This document shows, in pieces, positions 8,944 through 18,036 of a stretch of DNA of 64,000 bases. This stretch comes from a virus. The notes beneath the pieces are model-generated. The model did no database searches. It saw nothing but the letters and a program-made list of their open reading frames with translations, and was not told the DNA's origin. The position numbers and the translations under genes are program-made. The first letter of the stretch is position 1. Each line of letters starts with the position of its first letter. The DNA is taken from positions 1 through 64,000 of IMG/VR virus record IMGVR_UViG_3300021962_000056. One strand, written 5' to 3'.

Positions 8944-9563
8944 GGTCGTTTTTTCCAGCAGTGAGCCGGTAAGTTTTCGTTCTCTGTAGCGTCCGTGAAG
9001 CGGTGAAGTGTTTCAATGGGAAACCACACCATGCTTCTGATAAAGCAACCACAAAATTCACAGCTCTGAACCTGCTCATCGTATGGCGTACTGCCGTGCT
9101 GCGAGAAGGTTTTTACAGCTTCTTTGAGGACGCGAGCATTGCATCCGGTACATCCAAGTGGCTTGCGATTGAACCGGCAACCTGAGCAGATGTTTGCGCG
9201 GCGGTTGGCTTCTTCTTGGCTGACTTTGCCGCCTCCAACCGTCAGGCCATGAAGCAAACTCATGCTGAACCGGATAACGTCGCCAATCTGGAGCGACTTC
9301 CGGCCTGCTGGTTTTGGAATTTCAACGTCGTCGTAAGCGCAATCGGCACCATTTTTACAGATGTACTCCAGCATCAAGTCGTCCAAATTTGGCGGGACTT
9401 CAATGGCGTTGGCGGCGTAATGCCTCCTGACAAATTCGTGGAGTTGCGGCCATGATCCTGCGAAAACCTCGATTCCGGTTTCTGGAACGCGATAAATCCA
9501 ACCGCCTGGAAGCCCACGATGATCGTTTAACAGCTTGTATCCGGTATTTGATCCGTACGTCAT
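8928..9563 (-). CDS. Cys-rich (multiple CxxC) protein between TerL and portal
   Basis: CSGC, CTGC, CEFCGC, HCW; corresponds to two separate genes in module B. Confidence 0.7.
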   Translation of the reverse strand: MTYGSNTGYKLLNDHRGLPGGWIYRVPETGIEVFAGSWPQLHEFVRRHYAANAIEVPPNLDDLMLEYICKNGADCAYDDVEIPKPAGRKSLQIGDVIRFSMSLLHGLTVGGGKVSQEEANRRANICSGCRFNRKPLGCTGCNARVLKEAVKTFSQHGSTPYDEQVQSCEFCGCFIRSMVWFPIETLHRFTDATENENLPAHCWKKRPCTET

Positions 9564-11236
9564 AAATCGTCGTAGTAAATTGAATCGGCGTCTCGAACGA
9601 GCTTTTCCCAGACTTTATCCATCTTGGTTGCTCGCGGTTCAAGAACGGAAGTCTTTCGAACCAAATCAAGAAGGACAACAGCGGCATCGGCCAAGTCTGG
9701 CGATTTTCCGGTTCGTTGTTTCATCACGGTCTTGGATTCGACGGATATCTTCCGCTTTCCGTCATCGAACATGCGCGCGCAAAACTCTTGAAGCGTCTCG
9801 ATATCCATGCCCCCGATGCGCTCTTCGACGACCCACTTTCGCATTGAGAACCAGAGTTCAGTCACCTTGCGGTCGTAAGCCTCATTGCATGGCCGACTAT
9901 CCTCGTCACTGACCGGAATTGTCGATGGAGAGCCGCCGAACTCAACGCGATGAACAACTCCCCATTCGCGAGTCAGAATGTCCGCAAGACCGCCACCCTC
10001 ACCGCTTGAATCAAGGGCGAACTTGTCAGGCGGCACTCCCCGCTTGTTGCACTCTTCCTTGACTCGATTGGCTATCTGGTAGTGAACAGGCTCAGTTAGC
10101 TGTGCATTGGGCGAAATGTGGATGATATCGCCAAAAAGTATGCTAACTTTATCGTTAGCAGTGCCAACCTTGGCAAAGCGAAGGATACACCTGTCACCGC
10201 CGAATCCTGGGTCGAGAGCAGCCACAGTTTCGACGTTTGTACTAAACACCAACTTTTTTGTAGGTGTATGCGTATCAATGAGCGATTCGGACAGCACCGT
10301 CTTGACCATGCCGTCAGGACTCCAGAATCCGCGCGTGTACTTCCAGAAAGTAGGACTCTGCTCGCCCTCATGGCGCATCGCTGACAAGACCTGATCGTGG
10401 GTGATGAGGTATGGGTATTTTGTCCGACCCTCGCTGATGTTCGGACTCTTCATGCCGTCGAACCGTCGGCACATACCGCGTTCCGTCAGCCAATGTTGGT
10501 CTTCAATCGTGACGCTGCGCCATCCTTTGGCAGGAGTGCAGAATCGGCCATGAGGATCGAACTTGGATGCCGGATTGCCGATGACCAGCATCTTAAACTC
10601 GCGGCAACCCTTGCTGAGGTTGGTACATGCCTCGAATGCTGCTTCAGGGGTGTCCGTCGCTTCGTCGATGATGACCATCACCCGCTCGGCGTGAATACCC
10701 TGAATGTTGGCCACAGCCTTCGAAGTGTTGCCCTCGGCGACGGCAATGGCTGAAATCGAATGGCGGTCGTCACCTTTAATAGCCTGCAACGCCATCTTCG
10801 AATCGACCATGTTGCCGGGGAAACCGCGCGATTTCCGAACAAGATCCTGAAGATTAGCCCACATGCGCTTTCGGATCATCTTCGCGGTCGTCGATGTCAG
10901 GACAACCGTTGACTTGGCAGGGTTGGCCAGCCACCAGACTGTCGCGAAAAGCGTTGCGCCAAAGGTCTTTCCGCTCGCGCCGCACCCGGCCCACCCAACG
11001 TAGTCATGCTCGCAGAGGCTTTCGACTTGAGCTTCCAGCCACGGGTTCCAACTGAGCTTTGGCCATAGCATTTTCGTCGCATTCTGAAAATGTTCGAAAG
11101 TGCCTAATCCGCCCTCGTTTGGCTGAAGTCGGTTTCGGAATGCGTAAAGTTCCAGCTCTAGGTCAGGAATCTTGACCGGAGAACGAATTCCATACTTGTG
11201 CTGAATAAGTTGATGCTCAGACGCTTGCTCTGCCAT
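9560..11236 (-). CDS. terL: terminase large subunit (module A)
   Basis: Walker A GCGASGKT, Walker B VIIDEA, IGNP, nuclease LDPG..GD and SPDLAD; start refined to ATG 11236. Confidence 0.85.
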   Translation of the reverse strand: MAEQASEHQLIQHKYGIRSPVKIPDLELELYAFRNRLQPNEGGLGTFEHFQNATKMLWPKLSWNPWLEAQVESLCEHDYVGWAGCGASGKTFGATLFATVWWLANPAKSTVVLTSTTAKMIRKRMWANLQDLVRKSRGFPGNMVDSKMALQAIKGDDRHSISAIAVAEGNTSKAVANIQGIHAERVMVIIDEATDTPEAAFEACTNLSKGCREFKMLVIGNPASKFDPHGRFCTPAKGWRSVTIEDQHWLTERGMCRRFDGMKSPNISEGRTKYPYLITHDQVLSAMRHEGEQSPTFWKYTRGFWSPDGMVKTVLSESLIDTHTPTKKLVFSTNVETVAALDPGFGGDRCILRFAKVGTANDKVSILFGDIIHISPNAQLTEPVHYQIANRVKEECNKRGVPPDKFALDSSGEGGGLADILTREWGVVHRVEFGGSPSTIPVSDEDSRPCNEAYDRKVTELWFSMRKWVVEERIGGMDIETLQEFCARMFDDGKRKISVESKTVMKQRTGKSPDLADAAVVLLDLVRKTSVLEPRATKMDKVWEKLVRDADSIYYDDL

Positions 11237-11290
11237 AGTTTGGCCTTGCAATAGTTCTCGCTGGACTTGACGTTCTGCGAAAGGAAAATT

Positions 11291-12496
11291 ATGCCGTCGC
11301 AACTTGTTTCTTCATCCGGCTGCTGCCAGCCTTGCGACTCCGAGCCGGTAGTCGTGAATATTCCCGGCCCTCAAGGGGCCGCTGGAATCAACGGCACCAA
11401 TGGCACGAACGGAATCGATTCGTTCACCTACACGACAGCCCAGTTTTTTGTTCCCGGCCTTGGCTCAACGGTCGTTGTTCCAGTCGATAATTCCGATTTT
11501 CTTCCCGAATCGGTTGCTGGTCAGTTTTTTGTCTCGATTCAGGGTGTTGGTTACATGCAGGTTCTGGATGTAACTGGGCTTCTTGTAACGCTAAAAAATC
11601 CTGCTACTGGGGTTCTTGGAATTGCCAATGCGGTTCCAGGGACAGCGATTCCGTCCGGTTCGCTCATCACGCTTGCTGGAGCAGTTGGACCTCAGGGTGC
11701 TTCCGGTGCTTCCGGCGGCGCGCCAGTTGGAGCTTCTTACGTTTGCCGCACATCGGACGGAACGCTAACAAACGAAACTGCCCTCGACTCGCTGTCAGCC
11801 GGTTACATGAAGACCGCCGGTTCTGGCGGTGCTGGCGTCGTCTCGACGGTTGCGACGGTTCCTGTGGCCGACATCAGTGGCACGTTGCCGATTGCAAATG
11901 GCGGCACGAATGTCACGACCGTTCCAACCAATGGTCAGCTTCTGATCGGCAATGGAACCGGATACACGGTGGCCAGCTTGACCGCTGGTTCAAACGTCAC
12001 GATTACACCCGGTGTTGGTTCGATTACAATCGCAGCAACGACTGCCACGCCGTTCAACTACGTCACGTTCACTCGAAGGCTGACCGGAAACAATCTGATT
12101 GCTTCTGGAGACACCAAAAATCCGTTTAATTCAACTTCATTTCCATCAGGATCTTGGACAACGCTTGACCCTTCGGCAGGATTTACTGCTGCAACAGGTC
12201 GATTCACAGTTCCGTACACCGGATACTACAAAATTAACGTTCTGCTCAATTTGCTTGGTAGTGCTGGCGTTTCGAGTGTCATCGTTTTTCTTCGTAAGAA
12301 TGGTTCAAACATTTTGCAGAGCTTGGAATTTAACGCCACAAACGCTTCTCCTCAGAGCCTTGTTCCGGTTTCACTTTCGTACATCGACCAAGCTGCCGCC
12401 ACAACCGATTACTACGACATATTGGTTCAGGCTTCCAATTTTGGAGTCAACGTTGCAGCCGGAAGCTCATTCTCTGTTCAACGCATTCAGGCTTAA
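11291..12496 (+). CDS. tail fibre-like protein with a short collagen-like stretch and C1q-like C-terminus
   Basis: PGPQGAAGING; LPIANGGT; C-terminal GRFTVPYTGYY..N; AAGGA before ATG 11291. Confidence 0.65.
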   Translation: MPSQLVSSSGCCQPCDSEPVVVNIPGPQGAAGINGTNGTNGIDSFTYTTAQFFVPGLGSTVVVPVDNSDFLPESVAGQFFVSIQGVGYMQVLDVTGLLVTLKNPATGVLGIANAVPGTAIPSGSLITLAGAVGPQGASGASGGAPVGASYVCRTSDGTLTNETALDSLSAGYMKTAGSGGAGVVSTVATVPVADISGTLPIANGGTNVTTVPTNGQLLIGNGTGYTVASLTAGSNVTITPGVGSITIAATTATPFNYVTFTRRLTGNNLIASGDTKNPFNSTSFPSGSWTTLDPSAGFTAATGRFTVPYTGYYKINVLLNLLGSAGVSSVIVFLRKNGSNILQSLEFNATNASPQSLVPVSLSYIDQAAATTDYYDILVQASNFGVNVAAGSSFSVQRIQA

Positions 12497-12499
12497 ACC

Positions 12500-14350
12500 A
12501 TGAGCGAACGCGCACCACGGAGGTACACGGACGGATCTGTCACCTTTGAGGGTGGCATTGACTCCGGCGTTATGCCGTCTGAGGTGGACAAGAATCAGGT
12601 TGCGTTTGCCGTCAACGCCAACTTTCGCGAGGGCTTCATTTCTCCACGCCCCGGTTTCGTTCAGAAAGACTACGACATCTGTGTCACAGTCACTGCTGAC
12701 AATACCGAAATCACGGCTGACCAAACCAACGTAACCGCAGATGGGTGGTCAGAGGAATGCTACGGCCCTCAGGGACTAACCGGCACGTTCCAATGTGCGC
12801 TACCGTACATCTCGGATGATGGACGCACCTTCATCCTGATGCTGATCAGTGGTAAAGTGTGGCTTTACAACTGCGCTGAAAACAATGCCCAGAGCTTGTC
12901 GCTTTCTGCTGATTTGGAAAACCCTTCCAATCTGCTCGATGGTTGGATGGTTCAGGCGGAGAACTTTGTCGTCATTCAGGATGGATTCAGCAAGCCGCTG
13001 ATCTTCAACGGAACAAATCTGCGTCGCGCTGCTGATGACGAAATCAAGTGCGGCAGAGTGATGGCCTATGTCAACGGACGCATTTGGTATGCGCTTCCCG
13101 ATGGGTTTTCGTTCCGCGCCACAGACATTGTTTATGGAGATGGAACGCGAGCCAGTGTTCTCAAAGAAACCGAGAACACCTTCCTCAATGAGGGCGGCGA
13201 CTTTGCGGTTCCGTCGGATTCAGGAGGCATCACGGCAATGGCCGTCCCCGGCAATCCAGATACGTCGCTTGGCCAAGGACCGCTTCTCGTCTTCACCCCT
13301 CGCTACGTTTTCAGCGTTCAAGCTCCTGTAGACCGCGATGTCTGGAAGAACCTGAACTATCCGATTCAAGCCATCAGCCTGCTAACCAGTGGCGCACTTG
13401 GCGCACGGTCGGCTATTACCGTCAATGGCGACGTCTTCTACCGAGCTATCGACGGAATTCGCTCATTCATCATCGCTCGTCGCTCATTCAACGATTGGGG
13501 AAATACGCCTATCAGCGGTGAAATGACGCCGATTGTTGAGAATGATCAGTCGAATCTTTTGTGGGCCAGTTCTGCGGTTGTCTTCGATAATCGAGTGCTG
13601 ATGACGTCTCAGCCTCGCTTCAATTCCGAAGGTGTGATTCACAAGGCCATATCTGTCTTAGATATGGAGCTTGTCACATCGATGCGGAAGAAGGCTCCTC
13701 CAGCATGGTCTGGAATCTGGACTGGGTTGAATGTGTTACAGCTCGTCAAGACCGAGAACGCTTACGGGGACGCTTGCTTCGCCATTGCTCGCGGATCGGA
13801 CGGAACAATTCAAATTTGGGAAATCACCAAGTCAGACAAGTTCGACTCGAACGTTTCCGATCCTAAGAAAGAAATCGAGTGGCTGGTTCAAACTCGCGCT
13901 TACAATTTCGAACTTCCGTTCGGACTGAAGAAGCTCGATTCGGGCGACATCTTCATCGATTCCTTAAGCGGTTCGGCGGCGTTCAATGTTCAGTATCGCC
14001 CTGACCAATACCCCGGCTGGCTTGAGTGGACCGATTGGACTGAGTGCGCGATTGTCGATCAGTGTCTGACAGGGTTGTGTCCGATAACCAATTTTCAGCC
14101 TCAATACAGGCCGAAGATGCGGCTTCCGACTCCAAGCGATATCCCGTGCAATGAGTCGACCAGCACTCCGACTCGGAATTTGTACGAGGTTCAACTCAAC
14201 ATTGCGGTGTCTGGATATTGCCGCATCAAGAGTGTTCGAGTTCACGCTTACGACGTTCAAGAATCTCCTGTCGGTGAGTGCCGAACATACCAAGGATGCA
14301 AGGTCATTGATGCCTGCGACGTAAATCCGTTTACCTACACATCGGAATAG
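12500..14350 (+). CDS. tail tubular protein B / nozzle-like (module A)
   Basis: 616 aa, beta-rich; paralog of 47389..49428 (EGG.DSG, TENTFLNEGG.FAV, PVDRDVWK.L.YPIQ, WGNTPIS). Confidence 0.65.
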   Translation: MSERAPRRYTDGSVTFEGGIDSGVMPSEVDKNQVAFAVNANFREGFISPRPGFVQKDYDICVTVTADNTEITADQTNVTADGWSEECYGPQGLTGTFQCALPYISDDGRTFILMLISGKVWLYNCAENNAQSLSLSADLENPSNLLDGWMVQAENFVVIQDGFSKPLIFNGTNLRRAADDEIKCGRVMAYVNGRIWYALPDGFSFRATDIVYGDGTRASVLKETENTFLNEGGDFAVPSDSGGITAMAVPGNPDTSLGQGPLLVFTPRYVFSVQAPVDRDVWKNLNYPIQAISLLTSGALGARSAITVNGDVFYRAIDGIRSFIIARRSFNDWGNTPISGEMTPIVENDQSNLLWASSAVVFDNRVLMTSQPRFNSEGVIHKAISVLDMELVTSMRKKAPPAWSGIWTGLNVLQLVKTENAYGDACFAIARGSDGTIQIWEITKSDKFDSNVSDPKKEIEWLVQTRAYNFELPFGLKKLDSGDIFIDSLSGSAAFNVQYRPDQYPGWLEWTDWTECAIVDQCLTGLCPITNFQPQYRPKMRLPTPSDIPCNESTSTPTRNLYEVQLNIAVSGYCRIKSVRVHAYDVQESPVGECRTYQGCKVIDACDVNPFTYTSE

Positions 14351-14351
14351 T

Positions 14352-15155
14352 ATGCCAAACCTAACGCTCATCACGCTTACCGCGCCAAATCTGCCGCTGA
14401 CTTACTGCCCGTCCAACTACCAGCAGTTGGCCAACGACATCATCAACGGCACTCAGGCAAATTTTAACAGCTCGATTGGGAATTCGTTCTTCAACTACGG
14501 ACCGACAACCCCTTCGCTGAACAATCAGATTTACCCGTGGCTGGACGAGAACGGTGAATGGTGGGTTCGCGTCAATGGATACTGGGCTAGGAAAAACCCT
14601 GTTGCTGCCAACGGCTCCGAGCGTCGCATTTTTGTTGGCACCGCTGCTGATGTTCTCAGCTACGATGGTGGTGACGGCACGGCGACTTCAACAAATGTGA
14701 CTTCTGGTCCGATGTGGGTTGTTGATACCGCGTTTGAGGCGCGGTTCCCGGTTGGAGTCGGAGCCTTTGCGGCAAGCGGAACAGTGAATGTCACCGGCAC
14801 CTCGACGAACACATCTGTTGCCGGTGAGGACAAGCACACGCTGATAGTCGCTGAAACCCCGTTCAACGAACACACGCACGGTGTGGCTCAGTTGGCGATT
14901 CCGAATAACGACGATTACTACCTTGTTGGAAAATCTTGGACCGGACTTGGATCGTATCCGACCAAGATCATTCAGGGTGCTGCTGGAACTGGTGGTGGCG
15001 GCGCAGGTCCAAGCATCACGACCGGCGAAGTTGGAACGACCAACGCCGACAAGACTGGAAACGACAGCCAGAACGCCATTGGCCATAACAACCTGCCGCC
15101 GTTCTACGGTGTTTACTTCATCAAGCGCAGCAGCCGAGTCTACTACACCAAATGA
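14352..15155 (+). CDS. short tail fibre / collar-type protein
   Basis: RFPVGVG...GEDKHTL...HTH...HNNLPPFYGVYFIKR collar-type motifs. Confidence 0.65.
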   Translation: MPNLTLITLTAPNLPLTYCPSNYQQLANDIINGTQANFNSSIGNSFFNYGPTTPSLNNQIYPWLDENGEWWVRVNGYWARKNPVAANGSERRIFVGTAADVLSYDGGDGTATSTNVTSGPMWVVDTAFEARFPVGVGAFAASGTVNVTGTSTNTSVAGEDKHTLIVAETPFNEHTHGVAQLAIPNNDDYYLVGKSWTGLGSYPTKIIQGAAGTGGGGAGPSITTGEVGTTNADKTGNDSQNAIGHNNLPPFYGVYFIKRSSRVYYTK

Positions 15156-16123
15156 AGCTAATCGTTCAGGACATTCGCTCCACAATCGCTCGGGTCATCG
15201 GTGTATGTGTCGATGATGCGCGCGTTTATGATTACATCAATCAGGCGTGTCGAAGGCTTCTGCACAAGGGGTTGTGGGCTGGCGCGTACGGACGCTTCAC
15301 GATTCATACCGTCGGCGGCTGCATCACTTGGCCGCGTCAAATCGAAACCATCGAAGCTGTAGCCGATTGCTGCGGAGTCGGGACGGTTCGCAACCAATGG
15401 TTCGAATTTCAGGAGACTGGCTATGGACTGCTCAACGGGAATCAGGTGTGCATCGGCAAGCAGCTTATTGACCGTGGCACTGTGGTTTCTTACCGCGACA
15501 TGTCTGGCGGTCTTAACAGCTATCTTCGAGTCTACCCTGGTGACGCTTCGGACGTTGGCAAAACCATCACGTTGCAGGGCGTCGATCAGAACGGTCAGTG
15601 GATTCGAACGCAGTCGGGTTTAACATGGATTGACGGAGAAAAGCTGACGCTCGCTTTGCCGTACGTTCAATCGACCAAGAAGTTCACCGAACTGACCGGC
15701 GTCATCCGCGAGGCAACGAACACGGTTAGCCGATTGTACGAGTACAATGCGACGACCGCGCTGGAATCGGATCTGGCAGTTTACGACCCTGATGAAACTT
15801 TGCCGCAGTATCGTCGTAGCTACCTTGCTGACCGATGTAGCGACGAGGCTGACAAGCCGGTGACGGTCATGGCCAAGATGCGCCACATCAACGCTACGAG
15901 CGTCAACGACTACCTCATTCCTCCGTGTCCTGACGCCATCAAGCTGATGGTCATGGCGATTCGCAAAGAAGAGAACGATTTGATTCAGGAAGCAGTGGCC
16001 TACGAAGCCAAAGCGGTTCAAGCTGTGCAGGAGCAGACGATGCAGTACCTAGGCGATGCGGTTGCTACCATTCGCATGGTGGGCGTCGGATTGAACGGCG
16101 GAGGATTCTCCCAATGGTTTTGA
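15152..16123 (+). CDS. tail tubular protein A / adaptor-like (module A)
   Basis: IN.A..RL...G.W; paralog of 42176..43261 (GCITWPR...TIEA, NQW.EFQ, YRR.YL). Confidence 0.6.
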   Translation: MKLIVQDIRSTIARVIGVCVDDARVYDYINQACRRLLHKGLWAGAYGRFTIHTVGGCITWPRQIETIEAVADCCGVGTVRNQWFEFQETGYGLLNGNQVCIGKQLIDRGTVVSYRDMSGGLNSYLRVYPGDASDVGKTITLQGVDQNGQWIRTQSGLTWIDGEKLTLALPYVQSTKKFTELTGVIREATNTVSRLYEYNATTALESDLAVYDPDETLPQYRRSYLADRCSDEADKPVTVMAKMRHINATSVNDYLIPPCPDAIKLMVMAIRKEENDLIQEAVAYEAKAVQAVQEQTMQYLGDAVATIRMVGVGLNGGGFSQWF

Positions 16124-16680
16124 ACCTGAACATTGATTTTGCGCTGGAAGAAGCGACGCCGGAGAAACTTCGGCTGCTTCAGGCTGTCTTGGACGCGCAT
16201 GACATGGCGGCGCGGAACAATCAGAATGCGAGTTCTGGTGCTGCGGTAAACGCTTTCTTTGGAAGCGCGCAGCTTACCAATGGAATCGCTTCAGCCATCC
16301 TGACGCTTGGCGATGCTCACGGTCCGATTGGTCCTGCTCGATTCGTTTACGAGCGATTCAACGAGATGGCGTTGAAGTCGGCCATTGAGTCCGGCATGAA
16401 GATTCCCGGCTTCGGCAATTCGTTCTTCAAGGATCGAATCGATCCGGCGTGGAGTCACGTTCGCGAGGTTATTGAGGCTGACTTTCCGAATGCGAATGCC
16501 CGTATCAATCAGCTTCATGGGTGGATGAAGGAGGCTGGAAAAGATGTTTATCCGAATGCGGCTCTTTACACCGCAGTAATTTGCAGCGAACTAGGAATGA
16601 TTCCCGGTTCTGAAGCGGCCATCTTCATCTTGGCGAGGACCGCTGCGTGGACATCGATGTGCGTAAAAAATGAAAGGTAA
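16114..16680 (+). CDS. truncated citrate-synthase-fold protein
   Basis: G.AHGP, KIPGFGN, DP, YPNA, FILART.AW match the citrate synthase / citryl-CoA lyase C-terminal signature. Confidence 0.7.
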   Translation: MVLNLNIDFALEEATPEKLRLLQAVLDAHDMAARNNQNASSGAAVNAFFGSAQLTNGIASAILTLGDAHGPIGPARFVYERFNEMALKSAIESGMKIPGFGNSFFKDRIDPAWSHVREVIEADFPNANARINQLHGWMKEAGKDVYPNAALYTAVICSELGMIPGSEAAIFILARTAAWTSMCVKNER

Positions 16681-17215
16681 GCTCTTTCAAATCTGCGGAC
16701 TGCCCCGATTCGGATCGGCATTCATGTCGGTCCTTTTCTCGTTGGAGGCAGACTGCATTGGCTTACATGAGCAGGGTGCGACTGACCCGAACTGGAAACA
16801 GTCCATCGAGGAGTATCGGACGCGGTACAAGTACGTCGCCGATTGCTCTACTTACGGTTACCTTCCCAAAGCTGTCGTCAGCGACTCGGTGAAGGTGTAC
16901 GTCAAGAAGGATGCGGAAGCGTCGGCCAAGGAATGCACCGAGCGATTCGGATACGAGGTTCACTTGCCTTCGGTTCAGGCGTTGCGCGAATACGCTGATT
17001 CGTGGGCATCGCTTCATGGCGTGATGATCGTGGAGGAGAACGAGCTTTTTAAGTTGGATACTTTGCGTCGTGTGTGGGTTCATTGCTTCCAGAACGAGCG
17101 AGCATTCCCAGAGGAGAAGGCTGCGCGTCTGGTTACCATGAATATCCAACGTCACGAACCTGAGAAGGTGTTCTCGATTGAGAACGGCAATCGTCTTGTG
17201 AAGGAGGTTTTTTGA
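16670..17215 (+). CDS. sulfotransferase-like P-loop protein
   Basis: N-terminal ICGLPRFGSAF...LHE resembles the PAPS-binding GxPRSGT...HE motif. Confidence 0.45.
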   Translation: MKGKLFQICGLPRFGSAFMSVLFSLEADCIGLHEQGATDPNWKQSIEEYRTRYKYVADCSTYGYLPKAVVSDSVKVYVKKDAEASAKECTERFGYEVHLPSVQALREYADSWASLHGVMIVEENELFKLDTLRRVWVHCFQNERAFPEEKAARLVTMNIQRHEPEKVFSIENGNRLVKEVF

Positions 17216-17218
17216 TTT

Positions 17219-18031
17219 ATGGGAGCTATTCTAGGTGGTGCAGCAATCATCGGCGGAACGAGCTTGCTTGGTGGCTTACTGGGCAAGGGCAGCAAGCCGA
17301 AGATTCCAGAGCTTAAGCCAATCGATTTCGCGGCAGAGCAGCGACAAGCGATTCAGCAGAACATCGCATCGCTCGAACCTGCCACCGAATTGGCGCAGAA
17401 GACGACCGCCGCTGAACAGTCTCAGCTTGAGGCGCAGCTTCGCCGCGCGATTCCCGGTTATGACCAGCTCGTTCAGCAAGCCAGCAAAAACATTGGTGCT
17501 TCGCTAAGGGGCGAGCTTCCTGCGGATGTGCAGCAGCAGATTCAGCGTTCGACCGCTGGACGCGCGCTTGCTGGTGGATTTGGCGGCGGAACTGGATTTG
17601 GCCGTGCGCTGACCGCTCGCGACTTGGGTCTGACGAGTTTGCAGCTTCAGAATCAAGGTCTTGCTCAAGCTCAGAACTTCATCCAACAGCAGCGCGCATT
17701 CGGCATGACTCAACCGTTCTCGGTGAGCAGTATGTTTATTACACCGGCACAACGTGTCGGCGTGATGCAACAGCAGCAGCAGGCGCAGTACAATCGCAAC
17801 CTGCAAGCCGCCCAGGTGGCCGCAATGCCCGATCCTACGATGGCTGCAATCGGAAGCGCGATTTCTCAGGCCGGTGGATTCGCTGGCGGCGCGTACACGC
17901 AGCGCGGGTTGATGCAGCAGATGCCGGGAGGATATTCTTCCGGTTCGTACAATCCGCAGAACGACCCTGAGATTTACTCTTTCCCGAGAACAAACATCGG
18001 CGGACCAGCCGATTCCGCTAACTGGGGTTAA
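17219..18031 (+). CDS. internal virion / ejection protein (small)
   Basis: Gly/Ala/Gln-rich with hydrophobic N-terminus; paralog of 40984..41724 (IPGY, LRGELP.DV, ARDLG.TSL). Confidence 0.6.
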   Translation: MGAILGGAAIIGGTSLLGGLLGKGSKPKIPELKPIDFAAEQRQAIQQNIASLEPATELAQKTTAAEQSQLEAQLRRAIPGYDQLVQQASKNIGASLRGELPADVQQQIQRSTAGRALAGGFGGGTGFGRALTARDLGLTSLQLQNQGLAQAQNFIQQQRAFGMTQPFSVSSMFITPAQRVGVMQQQQQAQYNRNLQAAQVAAMPDPTMAAIGSAISQAGGFAGGAYTQRGLMQQMPGGYSSGSYNPQNDPEIYSFPRTNIGGPADSANWG

Positions 18032-18036
18032 AATTT

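Noticed and set aside
16114-16680. Functional gltA auxiliary metabolic gene
   Set aside because: Much shorter than citrate synthase, with key catalytic residues apparently substituted; no gene symbol assigned.
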